From: an uncultured bacterium
GTDB lineage: Bacteria > Fidelibacterota > Marinisomatia > Marinisomatales > UBA1611
Direction of reading: 5' to 3'
Assembly (NCBI GenBank): GCA_943788175.1
Contig: CALSPG010000005.1
Location: forward strand, 384,001 to 448,000
Length of the DNA: 64,000 nt
In this document: piece by piece, positions 28,024-37,060 of the stretch
Layout: the number at the start of each line of letters is the position of its first letter
Position numbering within the stretch: the stretch's first letter is position 1
Translations under genes and position numbers: made by a program
Notes under the pieces: model-generated
Told to the model about the DNA's origin: nothing
Databases searched by the model: none
The model's input: only the letters and a program-made list of their open reading frames with translations

Positions 28024-29817
28024 ATGAATATTGAAATAATTATTGTAATCGGAATACTTAGTGTTGGATTTTTTCTTTTTATAAAAGAATATTTCAGTAT
28101 TGACGTTACAGCTTTAATCATCCTTTCTTGTTTTTTTGGATTAGGATATTTAACGCCAACAGAAGCAGTTTCTGGATTTTCTAATCCGGCTGTAATTACA
28201 ATTGGGTTGTTATTTGTTCTTAGTAGTGCTATTCAAAAAACTGGTCTTTTAGAATATCTTGTCGTTACAATAAATAAATTATTGCAATCTTCAAGAACTG
28301 TTGGAATGGCAGCCTATTATTTTACAATTAGTATTACATCATCATTAATTAACAATACTGCTATTGTTGCAATCTTTATGCCTATTACAATTCGATTGGC
28401 CCATAGTTATAAAGTGAGTCCATCAAAAATGCTCATTCCATTAAGCTATGCTGCTATTTTAGGGGGTACTTTAACTCTAGTTGGTACATCTACTAATTTA
28501 TTGGTCAATTCAATTTACATGGGTTATGAGGGTGCAGAACCTTTAGGAATGTTCGAATTTTTCAAATATGGAATTTTTATTTTAATTATAGGTACAGCTT
28601 ATTTACTATTTATAGCACCAAAATTAATCCCTTCTAGAACATCGACATCGAGTTTAACCAAGAGTTATCATTTAGGTGGGTATTTAACTGAGATGAAAGT
28701 TAGAAAAAGATCTGTTTTAATTGGCAAGTCTTGTATAGATAGGTCAATTAACCAGAATTATGATGTTACTGTACTAGATATTATTCGAGATCAAAAACAT
28801 ATAGCCAATAATATTAGACAAACTATATTGAAAGAAAATGACATTCTTTTTGTGAGAGGGACATTAGAAAATTTCATTCGAATGAAAGAAGTTGAGGGCG
28901 TTACACTATTAACGGATGAGAAACTAACGCAATCAGAGCTGGAGCAAGAAGATAATGAACTGGTTGAATGTTTACTCACAGATGATTCTGACCTCGTTGG
29001 TAAAAGTTTAATGTCCACAAATTTTAGACAAATTTTTGGTGCATTCATTCTAGCTATAAGACGTGAAGGGGGTATCTTTAGAAAAAAAATTGCTCATATG
29101 AAACTTCATGCTTTTGATACACTGCTAGTTTATGGTCCATCAAAAAAAATATCTAACTTGTCTGAGCGAGGTGATTTTATTGTTTTAGGAAAAGTTCAAG
29201 CGAGGTTAATTAAAGAAAAATTTTGGTGGGTCAGCATATATGTGGTCCTAATATCTATTTTTTTTGCGGCTATTGGATTTATACCAATAATGAAGGGTGC
29301 TTTTATTAGCGTTGTTATTTTGTTGAGCTTAAAAATTATTTCTGCTCAAGAAAGTTATCAGTCTATTCATTGGCAAGTTATTGTGCTTATTGCTGCATTA
29401 ATACCAATTGGTATAGTCATTCAAAAAACAGGAACAGCACATTGGATTGGTAATAATATTTCAGATTTTATTTATTTATTTTCTGATGAAATTCAGCCTT
29501 ATGCTTTGATTGCGACCATTTATTTTATAACGATGATTTTAACAGAGATTTCATCAAACGTTGCCACTGCGATCATCATGGTCCCAATAGCGATTTCTGT
29601 TTCAACTCAATTAGGTTTTGAACCTAGACCATTTGTGTTTACAGTCGCATTTGCAGCTAGCTCATCCTTTATTACTCCCATTGGATATCAAACCAATTTG
29701 ATGGTCTATGGGCCGGGTGGTTATAAGTTTAGCGATTACATTAGAGTAGGGTTGCCATTATCGATTATTCTTTTTATAACAGCTATCATAGTTATTCCAA
29801 AGATTTGGCAATATTAG
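28024..29817 (+). CDS. SLC13/CitMHS family permease with two TrkA-C domains
   Basis: SGFSNPAV, NNTAIV, GGTLTLVGTSTNL, SNVATA, TPIGYQTNLMVYGPGGYKFSDY. Confidence 0.92.
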   Translation: MNIEIIIVIGILSVGFFLFIKEYFSIDVTALIILSCFFGLGYLTPTEAVSGFSNPAVITIGLLFVLSSAIQKTGLLEYLVVTINKLLQSSRTVGMAAYYFTISITSSLINNTAIVAIFMPITIRLAHSYKVSPSKMLIPLSYAAILGGTLTLVGTSTNLLVNSIYMGYEGAEPLGMFEFFKYGIFILIIGTAYLLFIAPKLIPSRTSTSSLTKSYHLGGYLTEMKVRKRSVLIGKSCIDRSINQNYDVTVLDIIRDQKHIANNIRQTILKENDILFVRGTLENFIRMKEVEGVTLLTDEKLTQSELEQEDNELVECLLTDDSDLVGKSLMSTNFRQIFGAFILAIRREGGIFRKKIAHMKLHAFDTLLVYGPSKKISNLSERGDFIVLGKVQARLIKEKFWWVSIYVVLISIFFAAIGFIPIMKGAFISVVILLSLKIISAQESYQSIHWQVIVLIAALIPIGIVIQKTGTAHWIGNNISDFIYLFSDEIQPYALIATIYFITMILTEISSNVATAIIMVPIAISVSTQLGFEPRPFVFTVAFAASSSFITPIGYQTNLMVYGPGGYKFSDYIRVGLPLSIILFITAIIVIPKIWQY

Positions 29818-29823
29818 CTTTTT

Positions 29824-30955
29824 ATGAAAAATCTTTTTTTACTTGATCCAAATATCACGTATTTAAATCATGGTTCTTACGGATCCTGCCCTTCCTCAGT
29901 TTTCAATGATTATCAAAAATTGCAAAAAAGATTGGAGCAGCAACCCGTTCAATTCATGACTAAATATTTATGGAAGTATTTAAAAGAGTCTAGAGATACA
30001 CTTGGCACTTTTTTAAATTGTGATGGCGATGATTTATTGTTGTTTGCAAATCCTACGACGGCAATAAATAATGTAATTGAAAATTTAAATTTAAATAAAG
30101 GTGACGAAGTTTTGATGACTCAGCATGAATACGGTGCATTAGTTAGAGCTTGGTCAAGGTCATCAAAAAGAAATAATTTTTCGATAGTTCAGCAACCTGT
30201 AAATGTCCCTGTCAGTTCAAAGAAAGAACTTTATAAAACAATTTTTAGCTGGAATTACCGTGAATACGAAAGTTGTTTTCATATCACAGATAACTAGTCA
30301 AACTGGACTAATTTTTCCTATCAAAGAAATATGCGAATACGCAACAAAAAAAGGTATCGTTACAATTGTAGATGGTGCTCATGTCCCAGGACATATTGAC
30401 CTAAATATTAGTAATCTCGAATGTGATTTTTATACCGGTACATGCCATAAATGGCTATGTGCTCCGAAAGGTTCATCATTTTTGTATGTTAGAAAATCAT
30501 TTCAAGCGAACATAAAGCCTCAGGTAGTGAGTTGGGGAGAAGAAGGGGATGACCCTGGGCCTTCACAATTCCAAATGGACTTTCAATGGCAAGGAACCAA
30601 AGATATGAGCTCATTTTTATCTATACCGTCTGCTATTCATTTTATTGAAAGTAATAATTGGAAAGAGAATCATAAAATAAGTAAGGAACTAATTTTAGAA
30701 GTCTCAGAAGATTTAAAGAATTTATTTGGAACAAATCCACTTTTTAAAAGTGAAGATTGGGTAGGGCAAATGGTCAGCCATCCATTGCCTTCAAACACCC
30801 CGGAAAATTTAAAAGAAATGTTATGGGAAAAATTTTTGATAGAAGTACCTGTTTTTGAATGGAAAAAACAAAAATATATAAGAGTTTCTGCACATTTTTA
30901 TAACGATAGAAATGATATGAAAACTTTAATAAATGCATTGAAAATTATATTTTAA
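29824..30955 (+). CDS. Class V PLP enzyme (isopenicillin N epimerase / C-S lyase-like), +1 indel near 30225
   Basis: YLNHGSYG in the first frame; VDGAHVPG, GTCHKWLCAPKG and RVSAHFYN in the second. Confidence 0.85.
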
Positions 30956-30956
30956 A

Positions 30957-31631
30957 ATGATTTTTAAAAAAAAAGTCATCGTTTTAATACTACCTTTTGT
31001 TTGTCTATTTCAAAATAATATTCAGTCACAATCGATATCTATTTACCCTAAAGGCGAAAAAAAAATAAAGCTATATAATACTCATGATATAGTAAATGGA
31101 AGTGTTATTGTAAGTGATAGTGGCTTGATTAAAAAAGTAATACCCTTAAAGTCTATTAAGAAGATTAAATATTCTCAAAAATCTTATAAGCCCATTGGTG
31201 ATATTTTATTATCTTCTGGCAAATGGTTATTGAATTGCTCGTTATTTCCAGCGGTGATAGGATATCCGACGCTTTTTTATAGTTATGGAGTGGTTAGCTC
31301 AGCAATGATTGCTTCGGGTGTTTTAATAAATGAGGTTGGGTCTAGAATAGGCCGTAAAGTAATTACATATAAATTTAATGGACTTAATTATATCAATAGA
31401 GAATTGATATTTTCTTCGATTTTTGCTGATATGAAATTGTATGACAAAACTGATTCTAGCCTATCAGGTGAATATTATTATAAGCCAAATGGTAAAAAAA
31501 TCAATCTTCCAAGAGCAGATTGGTTTTTTGATTTCTCTGCAAAAAAAGAACCAGTAGGGATAGAAGCTTGGATAATAAAACATAAGTTGCGAGAAAAGAA
31601 ATTCTTGGAATTTGCAGGACCTAAAAAGTAA
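30957..31631 (+). CDS. Hypothetical exported/membrane protein
   Basis: 224-aa ORF, signal-like N-terminus, tight operon spacing. Confidence 0.6.
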   Translation: MIFKKKVIVLILPFVCLFQNNIQSQSISIYPKGEKKIKLYNTHDIVNGSVIVSDSGLIKKVIPLKSIKKIKYSQKSYKPIGDILLSSGKWLLNCSLFPAVIGYPTLFYSYGVVSSAMIASGVLINEVGSRIGRKVITYKFNGLNYINRELIFSSIFADMKLYDKTDSSLSGEYYYKPNGKKINLPRADWFFDFSAKKEPVGIEAWIIKHKLREKKFLEFAGPKK

Positions 31632-31638
31632 TTCTACA

Positions 31639-32238
31639 ATGAAGGTTATACTGTCAGCTCTTAAAGCGGAAGCTTTTCCATTAATTAATTATTATAAACT
31701 AATACCCAGTAATTCTATTGGCCTTCAAATGTACAGGAATGATTTGTTTACAATGCTAATCACTGGCGTAGGTAAAAAAAATGTCAACAAAACATTGAAA
31801 GAGTATTTAAAAAAAACTAAGAATATTGAAGAGGCTAAATTTATAAATATTGGGATTGCGGGAGGAGTGAAAGGAAATTGTAAAATTGGAGAAATGTTTT
31901 TCATAGATAAAGTTTTTGATGATTATTTAGAAGTTAATTACAATATTAAATCTGGGAACAGATCTAATCTTTTAGAAAATCGTGTCACAACTGTTTTTGA
32001 ACCTATCATAAATAGTGATCAAGAGCGAGAAGGCCTAGTCGATATGGAGGCGTATGAAATCTGTTCAGTATTAAGTGATTTTAACCATTTAAATAAAGTA
32101 ACAATTATAAAAATAGTATCAGATTTTATGGACTTAGATGCGAAATATTTAAGTTCTAAAAAGATTCAAAAATTAATAGAAAAAAATTTGTTTGATATTG
32201 ATCATTTTTTAAATGATAATAGTAAATTATATAAATAA
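31639..32238 (+). CDS. Nucleoside phosphorylase / MTA-SAH nucleosidase-fold protein
   Basis: ALKAEA, ITGVG, INIGIAGG, VDMEAY, KIVSD; ATG at 31639. Confidence 0.8.
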   Translation: MKVILSALKAEAFPLINYYKLIPSNSIGLQMYRNDLFTMLITGVGKKNVNKTLKEYLKKTKNIEEAKFINIGIAGGVKGNCKIGEMFFIDKVFDDYLEVNYNIKSGNRSNLLENRVTTVFEPIINSDQEREGLVDMEAYEICSVLSDFNHLNKVTIIKIVSDFMDLDAKYLSSKKIQKLIEKNLFDIDHFLNDNSKLYK

Positions 32239-32244
32239 ATATTC

Positions 32245-32352
32245 ATGAAAGTCTTTCTTTATATATTATTTTTAGTTTTTACACTTGGGTCTCTTATTTT
32301 GGCAATTTTATACAGGACGTATAACCCTGAAGAGGAAGATAAGCTTAATTGA
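32245..32352 (+). CDS. Putative 35-aa single-pass membrane protein
   Basis: MKVFLYILFLVFTLGSLILAILYRTYNPEEEDKLN* fills the intergenic gap. Confidence 0.5.
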   Translation: MKVFLYILFLVFTLGSLILAILYRTYNPEEEDKLN

Positions 32353-32361
32353 GTTTCTGAA

Positions 32362-33108
32362 TTGCTCACGATCTTTAAAAACAAAAGTATCTTTTTTATT
32401 TCAAATCTTTTACTTGGTGCTTTTAATCTAGTAATGGCAATTGAAATTTCTGAAATTTCATATTGTGGCATTCCTTTTGAAATAAAAGAAAATAGCTCGT
32501 CTAGTACACATTATATTGTAATACATGGAGATGAGCAAACTGCTAAGATTCTTATCAATGAGCATATTAAAAAAAACAAAGGTAAGGCGTTTATAATCAA
32601 GTCAAAAGATAGAGAAGTAACTTTAGGCCCTACAATTGTAGACCCTAACAGGCTTTTTTCAAATACTGGTGCTAGAAAAGCTCTTAAAAATTTTAAAGCT
32701 GATTGGGTTAAGAGTGAATTAGATGAATTATTAACTGAACTGAAAATATCAAGAAAAAACTTTTTGGACAGTATTTTTCCAAGTGAGGGTGGTTTGCTAA
32801 TAGCCTTACATAATAATTTTAGAGGGTATAATGTTAATAGCGAGCTAAAAAAAAGTCAGTTGTTCTCTATTAAAAAGAATGAAAACCCTCGAGATTTTAT
32901 AATATGTACGAGTGATGTTGATTATGAAAAACTTAAAAATGGTCCTTATAATATTGTTTTACAGAATGTAATGAATAATAACAATGATGGTTCATTATCT
33001 TGGGCGGCTATCCAAAAAGGAGTTAGATATATAAATATTGAAACGAGATTAGGATGGCTATCTATGCAAAGAAAAATGCTTAATTTTGTTGAAGAAAAAT
33101 TGAATTAA
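32362..33108 (+). CDS. Secreted M14-like zinc hydrolase fold protein
   Basis: HGDE, DPNRLF, IALHNN and YINIE in the order seen in the M14/succinylglutamate desuccinylase superfamily. Confidence 0.55.
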   Translation: MLTIFKNKSIFFISNLLLGAFNLVMAIEISEISYCGIPFEIKENSSSSTHYIVIHGDEQTAKILINEHIKKNKGKAFIIKSKDREVTLGPTIVDPNRLFSNTGARKALKNFKADWVKSELDELLTELKISRKNFLDSIFPSEGGLLIALHNNFRGYNVNSELKKSQLFSIKKNENPRDFIICTSDVDYEKLKNGPYNIVLQNVMNNNNDGSLSWAAIQKGVRYINIETRLGWLSMQRKMLNFVEEKLN

Positions 33109-33114
33109 CATAAT

Positions 33115-33366
33115 ATGGGAATTATAATTCAAAAAATCATTAGAATTATGCCAGTAATTTTATTGCTACTGCTAATCTTTGTGGATCGGGAAAATAAATT
33201 TTATGTAATCGGCTTTCTTTCTCTTCTTTTTATTTATACAACTATATTAATAGTAAGAATCTTGTACGCAAAAAAAATATGGCATAAAGAATTTAATGAT
33301 GAAAATTATGCCAAGGATGCTAGCATACTTAAAATGAAAGATTTAATAGAAAAGTTTGATAAATAA
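33115..33366 (+). CDS. Hypothetical 2-TM protein
   Basis: 83-aa ORF with two hydrophobic segments. Confidence 0.6.
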   Translation: MGIIIQKIIRIMPVILLLLLIFVDRENKFYVIGFLSLLFIYTTILIVRILYAKKIWHKEFNDENYAKDASILKMKDLIEKFDK

Positions 33367-33394
33367 AAATTCAAATACGAAAGGTAGTTCAAAT

Positions 33395-33736
33395 ATGGGT
33401 AATATAGACTTTAAAAGCACTTGCATAGGTTTTTTAGGAGCTGCATTAATCTTTACACTTATGGGAGCAAAGCAAAAGAAAAACCTTGGTGATATTGTTG
33501 TAAACTCAATAACTGTGTTGGATGATGGATATGGAGGTTTTATAACGGCCTATAATCAAGATCAAAAAAGAACTTTGTATCTAGGCACTGGTGAAGAAAA
33601 TAATGGATATATGCAGACATTTAATAAGTTCCAACAGCCTACAGCTTATGTCGGAACGAATAAAGATATGGACGGCATTCTAGTGCTCAATGATAGATAT
33701 GGAGAACTGGGATGGTCAAGATCTGCAAAACAATAA
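33395..33736 (+). CDS. Hypothetical exported beta-rich protein
   Basis: MGNIDFKSTCIGFLGAALIFTLMGA then repeated G-x-hydrophobic strands. Confidence 0.65.
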   Translation: MGNIDFKSTCIGFLGAALIFTLMGAKQKKNLGDIVVNSITVLDDGYGGFITAYNQDQKRTLYLGTGEENNGYMQTFNKFQQPTAYVGTNKDMDGILVLNDRYGELGWSRSAKQ

Positions 33737-33757
33737 ATATAAATAAGGAATAATTTT

Positions 33758-34948
33758 ATGAAAATTGCTTTTTTAACAGCTGGCGGTATCGCGCCGTGTT
33801 TATCATCAAGTATTGGTGCCCTTATTGAGCAATATGCTAAGTCCAAGCCTGATGCTGAAATGATTGGCTATTTAAATGGGTACCGAGGGCTGTTGCTTGG
33901 ACAATCAATTGAGTTTCCAGCTTCAATTAAGGATAGTTTTGCTACTCTTTACGAATACGGAGGGAGTCCAATAGGAAACAGCAGAGTAAAACTAACAAAT
34001 ATCCAAGATTGTATTGATAGAGATTATATTAAAGAAGGTGAGGAACCATTACAGGTCGCTGCTGAACAATTAAAAAAAGATAAAGTAGATATTTTACATA
34101 CTATTGGCGGGGACGATACGAATACAGTGGCTGCTCAGCTATCTAGTTATTTAAAAAATAATGATTATAATTTAACAGTTGTGGGTCTACCAAAAACAGT
34201 GGACAATGATGTATATCCAATAGTTCAAACCCTAGGTGCTTGGACTGCTGCTGAACAAGGTGCAGTATTTTTTGAAAATATTATAAACGAAAATACGACA
34301 AGCACTCGTCAGCTTATTATTCATGAAGTAATGGGAAGAAACTGTGGCTGGCTAACAGCCGAAACGGCTTTAGAATACAGAAAAAGATTACACAAAAAAA
34401 CATTTTTACCTGAACTGTTAATTACCAAACAAAAATGGGATGTAGATGCAATTTACATACCTGAAATTGACTTTAATTTTCAATCTGAAGTAGATCGCTT
34501 AAAGGATGTTATGAATCAAAAAGATGGTGTAAATATTTTTTTAAGTGAGGGCGCTGGTTTAGATGCGATTACAAGGGAGATGGAAGGCAATGGTGAAACT
34601 ATACCTCGAGATGCGTTTGGTCATGTAAAACTTGATGAAATAAATCCTGGGCAATGGTTTGCTAAGAAATTCTCAGAGGCTTTGGGTGCTGAAAAAACAT
34701 TAGTTCAAAAGAGTGGCTATTTCGCAAGGTCTGCCAAATCAAATGATAGAGACTTAAAGCTTATTAAGGACTCAGCAAAGTTAGCTACTGTATCTGCTTT
34801 AAATCAAGACAGTGGAGTGGTTGGCAAAGATATGAATAAAGATAGTGAGCTTGTATTGATTGATTTTAAGAGGATAAAAGGGGGGAAACCTTTCGATTTT
34901 TCTGGAAAAAATTTCAATGATATGCTATTTGAAATTGGTCAGGTATAA
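33758..34948 (+). CDS. pfp: Pyrophosphate-dependent phosphofructokinase
   Basis: TAGGIAP, GGDDT (the second Asp marks PPi specificity), PKTVDND, EVMGRNCGWL. Confidence 0.93.
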   Translation: MKIAFLTAGGIAPCLSSSIGALIEQYAKSKPDAEMIGYLNGYRGLLLGQSIEFPASIKDSFATLYEYGGSPIGNSRVKLTNIQDCIDRDYIKEGEEPLQVAAEQLKKDKVDILHTIGGDDTNTVAAQLSSYLKNNDYNLTVVGLPKTVDNDVYPIVQTLGAWTAAEQGAVFFENIINENTTSTRQLIIHEVMGRNCGWLTAETALEYRKRLHKKTFLPELLITKQKWDVDAIYIPEIDFNFQSEVDRLKDVMNQKDGVNIFLSEGAGLDAITREMEGNGETIPRDAFGHVKLDEINPGQWFAKKFSEALGAEKTLVQKSGYFARSAKSNDRDLKLIKDSAKLATVSALNQDSGVVGKDMNKDSELVLIDFKRIKGGKPFDFSGKNFNDMLFEIGQV

Positions 34949-34953
34949 AAACG

Positions 34954-36345
34954 TTAAATTTCTTTTTTGAACGCAGTATTTATTTTTAGAAAACTAAAAA
35001 TTATAATTGAGGTGAACATTCCAGGATAGAACGGTTCAATGTCTGGATAAAACTCAAAATTTAGTTTTGACATAAATAAGGCAATACTTGATATTGCAAT
35101 CGGTATACATATCCATAATATTGCTTGTATTTTTGTAGTTCGGATGTTAAAATTTTTTAAAGCATTTATAAAAGGTAGTATTAAGCCTGGAATTATTATT
35201 GACCCAATTGTATAAATCATTTTGACAACGGATGGAATAGCTAATGATAACAATATTGATAATAAGCTCACTGCAAATAGACCTCTCCTGATAAGAAACA
35301 CTGGATTTTTATTTGAATCTTTTTTTCGTATTCGCCAGAAAATATCTCTTCCAATTGTAATTGCATTAACAAAGCTCATAGAATCAATTGTCGACATAAT
35401 AATTGCAAAAATAGAGATAAGGAAAAGTCCTAAGAAACCAGGTGGTAAAACTTCGAATCCTAATAACGGATATGTCATAACGGGGTTTTCAGGAATAATA
35501 AAAATATATGCATACAGCCCAGCAGTTAATGTCATTAAATCAAATAAGAACCAAAAACATACTGAAATCAATAACCCCTTTTTTGCGATCTCTGGATTTT
35601 TAACAGCTGCACATCTTTGAAAAAAATTGGGGTCTATGATTGTCCATACTGCAATAAAAAACCATACTAGAACATATTGTATCGAATTTCCGCCTAAGGG
35701 GCCAATGTGGCTATCTGGCAAAGATTTAAATAGCATAAAAGGTGAGACCGAATTGTACCAAGAAAAACCAATTAATGCAAAAAACCCTAAAAACATTAAT
35801 ATTAGTTGTAAATAATCAGTTTTGATTATTGAGCTTAAGCCACCCCTCCAAACATATATCGTACTAAAAATTGTAGCAATTAAAAGGCACCAAACTAATT
35901 TTATTTGAAATATAAAATTAATTAATACCCCAAGGCTCAATATGTAAGGAGCTGGGCTTGAAAGAACAAATATAAAAATAGCACTAATGATGCCAACTTC
36001 ATCGCCATAGCTTTTTCTGAAAATATCAGGAATAGATAATATATTTTTATTCCATATAACTTTTGTCAGCCATATTGCATAAGCTATTGCAAACACATAA
36101 TAAGGTAGCGCAAAAATAAACCAAGTCTGAATACCGTATAGGTAGGTATTCTCACCAACGCCTAAAATTGCTCCATACCAAGTACTTACTAAAGTCATTA
36201 CAAACCCTGGCAAGCTTAATTTTCTACCAGAAAGAATATAGTCAATCTGAGAAACTTGGTCTTCTTTTTTACGAAAAAAACCTATAAAAAAGAGGACGAT
36301 AAAATATCCAAAAACAATAATTAGATCGTATTTATTTATAGTCAT
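34954..36345 (-). CDS. Sodium:solute symporter, probably for thiamine or a thiamine precursor
   Basis: DYILSGRKL, TLVSTWYG, GGLSSIIKTD, FFQRC.A, AIIMSTIDS; ATGA-coupled to thiN. Confidence 0.85.
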   Translation of the reverse strand: MTINKYDLIIVFGYFIVLFFIGFFRKKEDQVSQIDYILSGRKLSLPGFVMTLVSTWYGAILGVGENTYLYGIQTWFIFALPYYVFAIAYAIWLTKVIWNKNILSIPDIFRKSYGDEVGIISAIFIFVLSSPAPYILSLGVLINFIFQIKLVWCLLIATIFSTIYVWRGGLSSIIKTDYLQLILMFLGFFALIGFSWYNSVSPFMLFKSLPDSHIGPLGGNSIQYVLVWFFIAVWTIIDPNFFQRCAAVKNPEIAKKGLLISVCFWFLFDLMTLTAGLYAYIFIIPENPVMTYPLLGFEVLPPGFLGLFLISIFAIIMSTIDSMSFVNAITIGRDIFWRIRKKDSNKNPVFLIRRGLFAVSLLSILLSLAIPSVVKMIYTIGSIIIPGLILPFINALKNFNIRTTKIQAILWICIPIAISSIALFMSKLNFEFYPDIEPFYPGMFTSIIIFSFLKINTAFKKEI

Positions 36346-36974
36346 TCAATATCTATATGATTTAAGAATACAAAAACTTTCCCTGTCGATTCAATCTCAA
36401 ATTGACTACTTATAGCTTTATTTGAAATCGCAATTGAAGATGGAAATAGCTTTTTATTTATTAAACTATATTTTAAGCCAATTATTTTTATGTTATCGAC
36501 AACTTCAGAAGCGATGATAGATATGTTTTGACCTGGTTGTGCTTTAATAACTTTTGAGCCACTCACGCAAATTATTTTTGAATAGTTCGTGACAACCTCG
36601 ATGTTTAAATCATTATAAAATTTTGATACTAAAAATAGATTACCTAAAAGGTGATCTTCTCTTTGACCACCTGCTCCGAGTAAAACAATTTCTTTAATTT
36701 GATTCTTAACACACCACTCAAAAGTTTTCTCTAAATCTGTTTTATTTTGATTCGGTGTTTCAATCCATAAATTTGTTCGCTCAGTTTTTTGAATTTTCGT
36801 TGAATCAAAATCACCTATTACAATATCGGGCTCTTTGCCAAGAACTTTAAGTTTATCAGTAGCTCCATCAATACAAATAATTTTCCAGTTTTGTTTAAGA
36901 GGTGATAAAGCCGATTTATGATAAGGGAATTCACCATTTGCTATCACTAAAGCAGTATTTTTGAATCCATTCAT
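36342..36974 (-). CDS. thiN: Thiamine pyrophosphokinase
   Basis: IANG, CIDGA, PDIVIGDFDS, QNKTDLEK, GQREDH. Confidence 0.93.
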   Translation of the reverse strand: MNGFKNTALVIANGEFPYHKSALSPLKQNWKIICIDGATDKLKVLGKEPDIVIGDFDSTKIQKTERTNLWIETPNQNKTDLEKTFEWCVKNQIKEIVLLGAGGQREDHLLGNLFLVSKFYNDLNIEVVTNYSKIICVSGSKVIKAQPGQNISIIASEVVDNIKIIGLKYSLINKKLFPSSIAISNKAISSQFEIESTGKVFVFLNHIDIE

Positions 36975-37060
36975 TTGAGATATTACTAATAAAAAAAATA
37001 GATATTCTAGTTCTTAACATCTTAAATAATACTCTGTAAATTTTAATTCATTAAAAGATT

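Noticed and set aside
36975-37060. TPP riboswitch upstream of thiN
   Set aside because: Too short and AT-rich; no recognisable TPP aptamer core or helices
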